From: Candidatus Kapaibacterium sp.
Lineage (GTDB): Bacteria; Bacteroidota; Ignavibacteria; Kapaibacteriales; UBA2268
DNA length: 64,000 nucleotides
Assembly (NCBI GenBank): GCA_963664875.1
Contig: OY761611.1
Span: 320,001-384,000, forward strand
Reading direction: 5' to 3'
The position numbers and the translations under genes are program-made. Of this stretch, positions 50,767-60,294 are shown in pieces; position 1 is the first letter of the stretch, and each line of letters starts with the position of its first letter. The notes beneath the pieces were generated by a model that was not told where the DNA came from, searched no databases, and worked only from the letters and a program-made list of their open reading frames with translations.

Positions 50767-53490
50767 ATGACTCAATTGCAAACCAAACCCTTTCCATATT
50801 ATGTAGGGGTTTACTCTCTCGAAGAATTAGTCAATAAAGACTCAAGAGTGTGTGTCATAAATATATTAGGCGGCGAAAGCCGAAAAGTTACTCCTGTTTC
50901 TCATGAATATAGCAATGGCAATGTAGTTGCCGGTGTTCAATATGGCAGAAGAGGTGAATTAGAAACAAAAAAAGGTAATATACCTGTTTTCCGCTCTATC
51001 AGAGATGTAATGGATAACGGAATTACATTTGATGTTGGTGTTATCTATTTACCTCCAAGTGCTGTAAGCCAAGCAGTAGCTGAATTAGTAAATTTCAATC
51101 CTGACTTGAAACGCATAGTAATTGTTACAGAAAAAGTGTCTTCTTATGATTCTATGGCAATTCGTGTTATTTGCCAGGAAGCCGGTGTTGATGTGATTGG
51201 CTGTAACTGTTTGGGTGTTGCAAACGTTTGGGACCATGTTCGTGTTGGTGGAGCTCTTGGTGGTGACAAGCCGGAAGAAACATTGCGTCCGGGTTCTGTT
51301 GCAATTCACTCCAACTCAGGTAACTTCACAACTACCATATCAGAATATCTAAGAACTGCCGGATTTGGTATTTCAACTGCAGTTTCATCAGGTAAAGATG
51401 TATATATACATTTTGCACTTCCTGAATTTTTGTTTGCCGCTCAGAATGATCCGCGTACTAAAGCAATAGCTCTGTATGTAGAGCCGGGTGGATATTATGA
51501 AAAACAAGCTTTGGATTGGATAGAAGAAAGAAGATTTGCTTTCAATAAACCTATTGTTGTTTGCGTAACCGGAAGATGGAAAAAAGATTTGCAAAGATCT
51601 TGCGGACACGCTGGAGCTCTCGCAGGTGGCGGTGACGATGCAATAAGTAAAGAGCAATGGTTTGATGATTACTTTGGCGTGGGTGTCTTTGATCCTGAAA
51701 ATCCTGTAGTAAGCAAACGTGGTGTTCGTATTGCTTCTATTCAAGATTTTCCTAAGGCAATGCACGCAGTGTATGCTAAGATTGATGAAAAACCTGACTT
51801 CGATGCAACAGGTGACTTGTCTTTGAAATTATGGATAAGTGACAACGTAGTAAAAGTTCCAAAAGAATTAGATTTACAAGTTGTTCAGGCAATTGAACCA
51901 TATAACAAACAGATTCTTGAACAGAACAAACAAATAGGTGCGAATTATCTAAGACAGAGCATGGCTGATAAATCAGGTGCTTCCCGTATGGATAAGAAAA
52001 CTCAGGTAGCACATCTACATGGAAAATCTATATTAGATTTGTCTAAATATTCTATAGAAGAGAATTTGTACTTCTCGTTGGCTAAAATTTTGCCTGATCA
52101 AGATGATGTTAATTCAATAAATATTCTCTTAAATCTCTTTTTGCAGGTAGAATCACATCAAATAGCTAATCTACAATATGCAAAAGGAAATGATTGTACG
52201 CCAAATGCATTTATGGCTTCTCAGTTAGCTGCTATTAGTAATAAACCACTACTTGCAAATATTGCTAATTATAGCGCTATGCTAATAGATGTAATAAGAG
52301 AAAACGGTATAGATACTAATACTAAAGATTTAGGTTCTTTGCTCAATAACTTTATAGAAGAAAAGATACTTACAGATGATGCTTTAGAAAATGAAGCTGC
52401 TGATATTTTAGAAAAAGAGATTTTGAAATCTAAAAAGCAATGTATTTCCCTCAATGTCATTCAGCATATATTGAAATATGCAGCAGATAAAAAGAAAAAT
52501 ATCAGAAACAAGTACGAGTTTTTATTATCTGGCATGTCGCTATGTATCTTCTGGAAGCCTATGTTAGAAAAACGTATTACCAGAGATGTAGCTGAAAATG
52601 CACTCAGTTATTTTTATAGTGTTGCACAATTAGTTGCTTTTTCGGTTACTGATGCCGACAGCAATAAAATGTGGAAAGAACTGACTGCCGGCAAAATCAA
52701 AAATATTACTAATAGTTTCACAGATAATGTATTTAAGATACTTTTCAACAGAGTACCAAAACCTGAAGAGTTGACCGAATTGAAATATCTTGTTGGACTC
52801 ACTTTGACAAATGGTCCGGGTACTATCTCTGCAAAGGGAGCAAAAGAAACAGTATCTGCAAGAAACTATATTCCAACTGCTTACGTAGGATTTTTAGTTA
52901 ATACAGGTCTTGCTCATGGTGGTAATGGTTTCGAAGCTGTAGAGTTTTTGTTAAACAATTTCAAAGATTCTGATCTTAAGAATCCGGGCGATAAAAACCA
53001 TGAAATTGATTTAGCTACTATAGCAAAAAATGCTGCTAAAGAATACAGAAAATTCAAAAAACTCGAAAAAGAAAGTGGAAAAATGAACTACGCAAAAATC
53101 CCTTGCGTTAATCATCCTGTTTTCAAAGGTAATGATGTAAATATTGATCCTCGCGAAGATTTCGTAAGAAAAGAACTCGAACAATCAAATATTTATAACA
53201 TTTTCTTGGATTTCTACCACAAACTTGTTGTTGAGTTATTCAATGAAGGTGCAACTAAAAACGTATTCTGTGTCAATGTTGATGCAGTTATTTCAGTCAT
53301 TGCACTCAAACTTGTTTGGAATGATTTACAAAAAGGAACACTTTCCAAAAAACAAGTCCAGGATCTTGTATTTATTTTATTCCTAATTGGTAGAGCTGTG
53401 GGTGTATCTGCGGAAATAGCAGACCACAGGGATCGTGGTCAGGATATGGACTGTAGAACTCCACAATCAGCACTGGGATTTGTACTGTAA
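50767..53490 (+). CDS. aclA: ATP-citrate lyase alpha subunit-like, enlarged (CoA-binding, ligase and citrate-synthase-like domains)
   Basis: IVTEK, IGCNCLG, SNSGN, YVEPGG, GHAGA phospho-His, NGPG, HGG, NHP, DPR, NVD. Confidence 0.78.
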   Translation: MTQLQTKPFPYYVGVYSLEELVNKDSRVCVINILGGESRKVTPVSHEYSNGNVVAGVQYGRRGELETKKGNIPVFRSIRDVMDNGITFDVGVIYLPPSAVSQAVAELVNFNPDLKRIVIVTEKVSSYDSMAIRVICQEAGVDVIGCNCLGVANVWDHVRVGGALGGDKPEETLRPGSVAIHSNSGNFTTTISEYLRTAGFGISTAVSSGKDVYIHFALPEFLFAAQNDPRTKAIALYVEPGGYYEKQALDWIEERRFAFNKPIVVCVTGRWKKDLQRSCGHAGALAGGGDDAISKEQWFDDYFGVGVFDPENPVVSKRGVRIASIQDFPKAMHAVYAKIDEKPDFDATGDLSLKLWISDNVVKVPKELDLQVVQAIEPYNKQILEQNKQIGANYLRQSMADKSGASRMDKKTQVAHLHGKSILDLSKYSIEENLYFSLAKILPDQDDVNSINILLNLFLQVESHQIANLQYAKGNDCTPNAFMASQLAAISNKPLLANIANYSAMLIDVIRENGIDTNTKDLGSLLNNFIEEKILTDDALENEAADILEKEILKSKKQCISLNVIQHILKYAADKKKNIRNKYEFLLSGMSLCIFWKPMLEKRITRDVAENALSYFYSVAQLVAFSVTDADSNKMWKELTAGKIKNITNSFTDNVFKILFNRVPKPEELTELKYLVGLTLTNGPGTISAKGAKETVSARNYIPTAYVGFLVNTGLAHGGNGFEAVEFLLNNFKDSDLKNPGDKNHEIDLATIAKNAAKEYRKFKKLEKESGKMNYAKIPCVNHPVFKGNDVNIDPREDFVRKELEQSNIYNIFLDFYHKLVVELFNEGATKNVFCVNVDAVISVIALKLVWNDLQKGTLSKKQVQDLVFILFLIGRAVGVSAEIADHRDRGQDMDCRTPQSALGFVL

Positions 53491-53516
53491 ATTCCTTAAT
53501 CTGAATTGTTAAATTT

Positions 53517-53555
53517 AAAAGGCTGCATATTTCCAATAAGAAAATGCAGCCTTTT
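53517..53555. terminator. probable bidirectional terminator
   Basis: AAAAGGCTGCAT / ATGCAGCCTTTT inverted repeat between convergent genes. Confidence 0.78.
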
Positions 53556-53581
53556 CTTTAAGGCAGATACTTTAAAATGTT

Positions 53582-54895
53582 TTATCTTTTTATTCTGATT
53601 GCTTTTACCGGCCAATCTACATTCTCATCTGTAACTTCATATATTTCAATGACTCCTTTGTCTTTCAAAATATTTACAAGAGCATAAGTTGGACCTGTTG
53701 CATAACCTTTGTTAGCCAAAATTCTGGTAACAAATGATCTGAGACCAAGATATTGGAAATTATCACTATTAGCTGTAATAGTTTCAGACTTATCCAATTC
53801 TTTTAACAATTGTTCTTCAGTGATAATCCTGTCGCCTTCGTTGCTGTCGTCGTTCATAGACTGATTAAGATTGATTTTGCCTAATACTTTCAATCCTATA
53901 CGAGATTCTGTATTCAATTCACCTAATTTAAAATCAGAACCTTCGAAAGCCTCTATCGTTGCTTCTCGTATAGCTTCCTGTTCTGTTATGCTAAATCTAA
54001 ATTCGTCGATTCCTGACTCAGCATTGCTGATAATCAGCATTAAATCATGGTGGAGTTCTTCTGCAGTTCTTAGTTCGTCAATAGAAAAATAGATATTATG
54101 AGCAACTTTATTTCTAATAGAGAATAATTCCCGCCATTTTTTTTCAAATTGCTTATCCTGAAATGCTGTTTTGAAAAACTTATTATAGTTTGTTTGCAAA
54201 TCATTTTTCAATTTGAATAAGTCTTCCGGGGAGGAAGCAAGCATTATTTTATTTACTATGCTCTCTTGCTTATTAAATCCTGCTACATGTTTGTAAATAA
54301 CTTCTCCTAAGTCATTAAAATCTATGAGAGAAACATCTAAATCAACAAATCCGGAAAAGAGATTTTCGTTTTCTTTTCTAACTTTAATTTTATCAATGAG
54401 TTGCTTAGGAAAGTTAGTGTTCCACCAATTAACTCCGATTTTGAGGGTAAAAAATTTGACTATATATCTTCTCAGAGCATTTTCAACTTCATTTACAAGT
54501 GGGTAAATATCAACGGCAATTTTTGCAGAAACATCGTCTTTTAAAATTTTCAAATTAGAGAAAGATAGTTTTGCTTTTAAATGTTTTATTAGCTTAAATC
54601 TAAATTTTTCCAATTGCTCAAAGTTTGAGCTCCAAACATTTAGTAAAAAAGCTGAGTCAATCAAATCATTTAATGTATTGCTTGTATCAACGGATTGTAT
54701 AATCACATCAATTCCGGTCCCTTTGTCGTGAATTCTAAACTGTTTTTTTGCATAATTAGATTGATCTTCGGGTGTTTCCCATAAAGATTCCATAAATAAA
54801 AGACCGTGTACCATGGAGCTCTCAGTTGAAATTTCAGCATTACCATATTTATCAATTGCCAGAATTTCAAAGTTTAAAGGGATGTCGTTATTCAT
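53582..54895 (-). CDS. HEPN-domain protein (Swt1/Abi2-like), putative RNase
   Basis: YPLVNEVENALRRYI helix, NWW, IDFNDLGEVI, RNKVAH (Rx4H). Confidence 0.72.
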   Translation of the reverse strand: MNNDIPLNFEILAIDKYGNAEISTESSMVHGLLFMESLWETPEDQSNYAKKQFRIHDKGTGIDVIIQSVDTSNTLNDLIDSAFLLNVWSSNFEQLEKFRFKLIKHLKAKLSFSNLKILKDDVSAKIAVDIYPLVNEVENALRRYIVKFFTLKIGVNWWNTNFPKQLIDKIKVRKENENLFSGFVDLDVSLIDFNDLGEVIYKHVAGFNKQESIVNKIMLASSPEDLFKLKNDLQTNYNKFFKTAFQDKQFEKKWRELFSIRNKVAHNIYFSIDELRTAEELHHDLMLIISNAESGIDEFRFSITEQEAIREATIEAFEGSDFKLGELNTESRIGLKVLGKINLNQSMNDDSNEGDRIITEEQLLKELDKSETITANSDNFQYLGLRSFVTRILANKGYATGPTYALVNILKDKGVIEIYEVTDENVDWPVKAIRIKR

Positions 54896-55087
54896 ATTAC
54901 CTCTGTAGTATATAATAAATAAAGTAAATATACAAAATATTAGCTACATAAATGAAAACATGTGAACAATTATTCGCTCTATCCGTATTGTATTAAAGTC
55001 AAATATTGGTATTTAATCTCAACTGTTTTGATTATATTGGCTATCCGTCAGATTTGTTCGATACTTCTAAATAAACGATAAATATTT

Positions 55088-58000
55088 ATGCGCAATAGAT
55101 ACTTTATATCACTTTTGTTATTTTTTCTAAGCAGTATATATGCATACAGTAAAGAAGCAGATACATTATCCGGTAGTCAGAGCAAAGAAATAATTGAAGA
55201 GCACATTATATCTAACCCCAAAAGTATTATTCAGGAAGTATTGCGAAATACTGAATCAGTAGAATCATTATCTCTGCAAAAAAAAATTATTCTTGCAAAA
55301 GCCTTTTATTATAACAATCAAAACTCACAATCCAAAAGACTTTTAAAAAACATCTTAGATTCCAGTAGTGTTGGTAATCCTGTAAATTTAGAAGCTAAAC
55401 ACTTCCTAGCAAGTGTATTTTATCGAGAAAATGATCTAAAAAATGCTCTCAAGTTTGCTTTAGAGTCAAAGGATAAAATAACCAATGAGAATATGAAAGC
55501 AGAGTCAAATAATACTCTCGGTTGTATCTATTATCAGCTTAAAGACTATAATTCGGCATTAGAATATTTTAAAGCAGCAGCTCTTATTCAAAAGCAGAAA
55601 AATGATTTCAAAGGTTTGTCTATCACTTACAATAATATGGGTTCTTTGTATTATGAAATAGAGAACTACTCAAAAGCGATTGAATTCTTAGACTATGCTT
55701 ATTTACTAAAAACTAAATATGCAAATTTAGAAGATTTGATATCTACTGTCAATAATCTGATTGTGGTTTATAGAGATGCCGGCTTGTCTGAAAAAGCCTT
55801 CGAGTATCAAAATAAACTTATAGATTTGAAAGACTCTCTTTTTACTCAAAGACAGTCCAAAAAAAAAGAGATGATGCAGTCAGTCATAGACAGCACCACA
55901 ACTTTGATATCCGAAGCTATGCAACAAATGCAAAAATTGGAATCGGAAAAAAAAGAATCTCTTCAGCAGGCTCTTAAACACAAAGAAAAGTCTGAAATCA
56001 ACGAATCCGCTTTAGAAGATTTAGAATTAGACTATATACTAAATCTTCAGCAGATGAAAGACAAAGAAATTGAGCTCCTCAAACAAGATAATCAAATCAA
56101 GGAATTAGCTTTAACTCAGCAACAAGATTCAATATTGCTACAATCAAAAGCTAATCGATTATTGATGATGGAAAATCAGAAAAAGCAATTGGAGCTGATG
56201 AATCAAAAAAATATTATAACTTTAGCAGATAAAGAAAGAAAACTGATGGAACAGCAGAAGGCAGCTAAAGAAAGATATATGCTATTGCTTATTTTAGGTC
56301 TATTATCATTCGGATTGATTGCTTTGGTTCTTTACACAAAGTTTAAACACAATCAGAAGATAAACAAACTTCTTGGTGAAAAGAACTACGAATTATCTGA
56401 AACGAATAAAAAGCTAAAAGAATCGCAATATTTTTTGAAAGAAAGCAATACAAGGTTTTCAACCATTTTTCACAGTAGCCCAATACCTTCAACTCTAACA
56501 GTATTTCCTTCAGGATTGTTTCTTGACGCAAATCAAGCATTTTTAAACCTGTTTTCTATAGATAGATCTGATTTGGAAGGAGTATCTCTTAAAGACGTTC
56601 CTCTTTGGGAAAATCCATTACAAAGAGAAGAGCTTATTGCTACATTGAGCAACCGAAAGAAAGTAGAAGGCGTTGAAATGGATTTGAAGGATTTGAAAGG
56701 GAATGTATTACATACTCTTGTTTTTTCAGAAGTTATTGAAATAAACAATGCTCCTCGAATTCTTACTGTTATCCAAAACATAACTGATAGAAAAAAAGCT
56801 GAACACGCTTTGCAATCTGCAAAAGAAGCTGCAGACTCGGCAAACAGACTGAAGTCAGAATTTTTAGCAAATATGTCACACGAAATCAGAACCCCTATGA
56901 ATTCGATTCTTGGGTTTAGTGATTTGTTGAAAAACAGAATTACTACTCCGCAAGAAAAGGAATATGCTGAAGCTATCATCTCTTCCGGGAAAAATTTATT
57001 GGTATTGATAAATGATATACTTGATTTGTCAAAAATTGAAGCAGGACGCTTAGAACTCATATATGATTCTACAAACTTAAAAGAACTTGGCAACGAAATT
57101 AAACAGTTGTTTTCTATAAAATGCCTTCAAAAAGACATTGATTTCAGTTACAATTATAACTCAGAACTTCCTGAAAGTTTCATACTTGACGAAACTCGTG
57201 TAAGACAGGTTTTAGTAAATTTGGTTGGCAATGCTGTTAAATTTACTTCCACAGGCGGCGTGTATTTGAATATTTCAGGAGAATATGCTATACAGAAAGG
57301 CAGAATGAATTTAATTGTTTCTGTGAAAGATACAGGAATAGGCATTCCTAAAGAACAGCAAAATCAAGTTTTTGAAGCATTTCATCAACAAAAAGGTCAG
57401 TCCAACAGAATATTTGGTGGTACGGGACTTGGCTTGTCGATTTCTAAAAAACTTATTGAAATGATGGGTGGGAAAATATCGTTGATTTCGGAAGAGCAGT
57501 CCGGATCAGAGTTTATTTTTACGATTCCAAATGTAGAAATATCAAAAGTAGTCCAAAGAAAATCTAATTCTTTTGAAGACTTTCCTTTTGCTAATTATCA
57601 ATTTGAAGATCAATCAATATTGGTCGTTGATGATAATGAACTAAACCGAATTCTACTCAAAGAGTATGTTCGAGATACCGGCTTGATTGTATATGAAGCT
57701 GGGAATGGTGATGATGCAATCAAAATGACTGCTAAAATGAATCCAAATTTAGTGCTCATGGATTTGAAAATGCCAATAATTGACGGTTTCGATGCCACGA
57801 AAACAATCAAAAGAGATGAAAATATTAAGCATATTCCAATAGTGGCTCTTACAGCTTCGGCAATGAAAAGTGATGAGATGAAGATTTCTGAAACAGGATT
57901 TGATGATTATCTGCGTAAACCTGTGAATAAAAATGACTTATATAAAGTGCTTTTAGCATTTCTTAAGTACAAAGAGCTCGAATCTGACAACACTAATGAA

Positions 58001-58309
58001 TTTGAAGTAGAAAATGTTCAAAATCTCGAAGAAATTGGCAATGATGCTTTAAGTGGATTGATTAACGAACTGGAACTAAAGCATTTAGCTAATGCAGAAA
58101 GGTTAAGTAAAGTGCTGAAGATAGGTGCTGTTCAAGAATTTGCAGATGAACTAAGTCAATTAGCTGAAAAATATCAGGCACAGTTTTTAAATATTTTTGC
58201 TGAAGATTTGAAACATAGGGCAAATACACTTGATCTATTGGGCATTAGAGAAAAGTTAGCAGAGTTGCCAGAAATTAGCGGTAAACTGAAAGAGCAAATA
58301 TCAGGCTAA
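55088..58309 (+). CDS. hybrid sensor kinase: TPR, coiled coil, TM, PAS, HisKA, HATPase, REC, HPt-like tail
   Basis: FLANMSHEIRTP, NAVKFT, DTGIG, GGTGLGL, VVDD, LMDLKMP, LRKP. Confidence 0.92.
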   Translation: MRNRYFISLLLFFLSSIYAYSKEADTLSGSQSKEIIEEHIISNPKSIIQEVLRNTESVESLSLQKKIILAKAFYYNNQNSQSKRLLKNILDSSSVGNPVNLEAKHFLASVFYRENDLKNALKFALESKDKITNENMKAESNNTLGCIYYQLKDYNSALEYFKAAALIQKQKNDFKGLSITYNNMGSLYYEIENYSKAIEFLDYAYLLKTKYANLEDLISTVNNLIVVYRDAGLSEKAFEYQNKLIDLKDSLFTQRQSKKKEMMQSVIDSTTTLISEAMQQMQKLESEKKESLQQALKHKEKSEINESALEDLELDYILNLQQMKDKEIELLKQDNQIKELALTQQQDSILLQSKANRLLMMENQKKQLELMNQKNIITLADKERKLMEQQKAAKERYMLLLILGLLSFGLIALVLYTKFKHNQKINKLLGEKNYELSETNKKLKESQYFLKESNTRFSTIFHSSPIPSTLTVFPSGLFLDANQAFLNLFSIDRSDLEGVSLKDVPLWENPLQREELIATLSNRKKVEGVEMDLKDLKGNVLHTLVFSEVIEINNAPRILTVIQNITDRKKAEHALQSAKEAADSANRLKSEFLANMSHEIRTPMNSILGFSDLLKNRITTPQEKEYAEAIISSGKNLLVLINDILDLSKIEAGRLELIYDSTNLKELGNEIKQLFSIKCLQKDIDFSYNYNSELPESFILDETRVRQVLVNLVGNAVKFTSTGGVYLNISGEYAIQKGRMNLIVSVKDTGIGIPKEQQNQVFEAFHQQKGQSNRIFGGTGLGLSISKKLIEMMGGKISLISEEQSGSEFIFTIPNVEISKVVQRKSNSFEDFPFANYQFEDQSILVVDDNELNRILLKEYVRDTGLIVYEAGNGDDAIKMTAKMNPNLVLMDLKMPIIDGFDATKTIKRDENIKHIPIVALTASAMKSDEMKISETGFDDYLRKPVNKNDLYKVLLAFLKYKELESDNTNEFEVENVQNLEEIGNDALSGLINELELKHLANAERLSKVLKIGAVQEFADELSQLAEKYQAQFLNIFAEDLKHRANTLDLLGIREKLAELPEISGKLKEQISG

Positions 58310-60106
58310 TTTTTTAAAAGATATTATCTTTAAAAGTTTTACAAGTTCTTCCTCAAATTCCTTATTATTACCAGGCAAAGGGTTTATCAGAGTAACCGAA
58401 CCGCTTTTATTATACCAAATATCAAATACTAATTCTAAACTGCTTTTACCAAAGGTGTATCTTTCGCATGCAGGAAGATGTTTTATTTTGTGAACTGAGT
58501 AGTCTTGGGTTATGCAGTGTTTTACTGCATAGTATATATTTATCAATGCGTTATCTGATTCTTCTAAATCTTTGTGCAGATCTTCAGTTTCGCTATAATC
58601 AAGAAAAGACTCTTTTATTTGATAGTTTGTTTCTTTCTGCACTCCATATTCTAATTGTGTACCCGGCAGTAGCGTAGGAGCATTGAAAGCAAATAGAGTC
58701 GAAGATGCTCTCGTTATAGCTGTATAAACCCATCTAAAATATGCCTCATGACTATATCCGTTAACTGATGTAAAATCGACAAAGACATTTTGCCATTCAC
58801 CGCCCTGAGCCTTATGACAGGTAATTGCATAAGCGTACTTGACTCGCAGGCAGTTGAAATAGGGATCAACTTTAATGAAATCTATAAACTTTTTGCTTCC
58901 GGGTTTTAGCTGAGGAAATCTGGATTTAAAATCGTAGTATAAAGCTAACTTTTCCTCATAGCTCATATCTCGTTCCAATGAATCTAAAATTGGTTCGTAA
59001 ATTTTACATTCTAATATCTTTTCTCTTCCGTTTTCATCAGTAAATTCAAGTAATACATCTCGAAATATAAGATTGACTTTTTTTACACCGCTGTAGGTAT
59101 AGATTGGAATTGACTTAGATTCAGTATAAAGTGAAACCTTCAAGACTTTTCCAATTTCTCCATTCATCAAATCTATATCTCCATAGTAAACGTTATTTAA
59201 AACGATAACTCTGTCATCTTCTCCTATGGTATTCCTATTCGGAAAGAAGTGGTTTCTTATTCGATTATTATACTCTTTAACCATTTTATTGGAGTAAGCT
59301 ATAATCATTACATCGTCAGATATTTCGTGCTGGGAAACTTCAAGATAAGTACCAAGGAATGTCTCTTTTGTAAGGACACGTATGTCTTTTCTGTTGTCCA
59401 ATATTTCTAACTTATCGAAATCTTTATTTATTATGGCATTCCTTACGGAAGTTGCAGTTTCAAGCAGCGCAGAGTCTTCTTTTTGTCTTACCACATCTGT
59501 TAATTCTGAGGTATTTGCTTCTAAGAAGAAATGTTCTTTTAAGTAATCTGAATTTAATGCAGGAGATAAAAGATTTTTGACAGGAGGGAGCTGTGCCGGA
59601 TCACCAACAAAAATAATTTTATTGCTATATCCTATATACTGCAACAAATCATTCAAAAGCGACCCCGAACCAAAGGACATAAGCTCATTACCAAGTGAAA
59701 TGTCAGGTATCATTGAGGCTTCATCAATTATGTATAAAGCTTCTCTTGTGATATTTCGTCTTATTTCAAAATAATATCGCAAAGAATCTAATGAATCAGT
59801 TCCGGCAGATGATTCTTTAACAAAACCAACTTGATAAATACTTCTGTGTATTGTGGAAGCTTTATAGCCTGTCTTTTCACTAATCACTCTTGCAGCTTTT
59901 CCTGTAGGTGCCATAAAAATAGTCTCTATTCCTAGAGCATCTAAGTAATCGGCAATACCTTTCAGTAGAAAAGTTTTGCCTGTGCCGGCATAACCTCTCA
60001 GAATAAAAACTTGTTTTGGACTTTCCAAAAAATTGGTAATTTCTTCTACCGCAGCAGATTGGGAAGGAGTAAGCTTAAATTTATATGTTTCTTGTAGTGT
60101 TAGCAT
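58301..60106 (-). CDS. SF1B helicase, RecD/Dda-like
   Basis: GYAGTGKT, APTGKAA, TIHR, IIDEASM, GDPAQLPPV, YAITCHKAQGGEW, YTAITRA; start at ATG 60106. Confidence 0.9.
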   Translation of the reverse strand: MLTLQETYKFKLTPSQSAAVEEITNFLESPKQVFILRGYAGTGKTFLLKGIADYLDALGIETIFMAPTGKAARVISEKTGYKASTIHRSIYQVGFVKESSAGTDSLDSLRYYFEIRRNITREALYIIDEASMIPDISLGNELMSFGSGSLLNDLLQYIGYSNKIIFVGDPAQLPPVKNLLSPALNSDYLKEHFFLEANTSELTDVVRQKEDSALLETATSVRNAIINKDFDKLEILDNRKDIRVLTKETFLGTYLEVSQHEISDDVMIIAYSNKMVKEYNNRIRNHFFPNRNTIGEDDRVIVLNNVYYGDIDLMNGEIGKVLKVSLYTESKSIPIYTYSGVKKVNLIFRDVLLEFTDENGREKILECKIYEPILDSLERDMSYEEKLALYYDFKSRFPQLKPGSKKFIDFIKVDPYFNCLRVKYAYAITCHKAQGGEWQNVFVDFTSVNGYSHEAYFRWVYTAITRASSTLFAFNAPTLLPGTQLEYGVQKETNYQIKESFLDYSETEDLHKDLEESDNALINIYYAVKHCITQDYSVHKIKHLPACERYTFGKSSLELVFDIWYNKSGSVTLINPLPGNNKEFEEELVKLLKIISFKKLA

Positions 60107-60294
60107 AGGTCTTACTAAAATAGACAAAATTATTGAGTGTCTCAAAGAAAAGTAGTCATAGTTATATAATAGGTATTTTTATGGATTGTAAGAGTCATAT
60201 ATGAATATAATAGCAAAATGTTATAATAAATATTTATTATTATCGTATGGAACTATAGAAGATATTTTTATTCTCCAAGAGCAGGGAGTTAATC

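Noticed and set aside
49462-53490. Ordinary succinyl-CoA synthetase (sucCD), or proof of autotrophy
   Set aside because: The alpha subunit has a citrate-synthase-like lyase extension absent from SucD; ACL alone, with no other rTCA genes in view, does not establish carbon fixation
42302-54895. tRNA-anchored genomic island, or a link between the HEPN protein and tRNA-Lys (as for PrrC)
   Set aside because: No integrase and no duplicated tRNA 3' end seen downstream; nadD follows directly; the HEPN gene is 11 kb away and lacks an ABC-ATPase domain
54979-55048. Direct repeat CTATCCGT twice in the HEPN/kinase divergent region
   Set aside because: Only 8 bp, two copies 62 bp apart, with no supporting context
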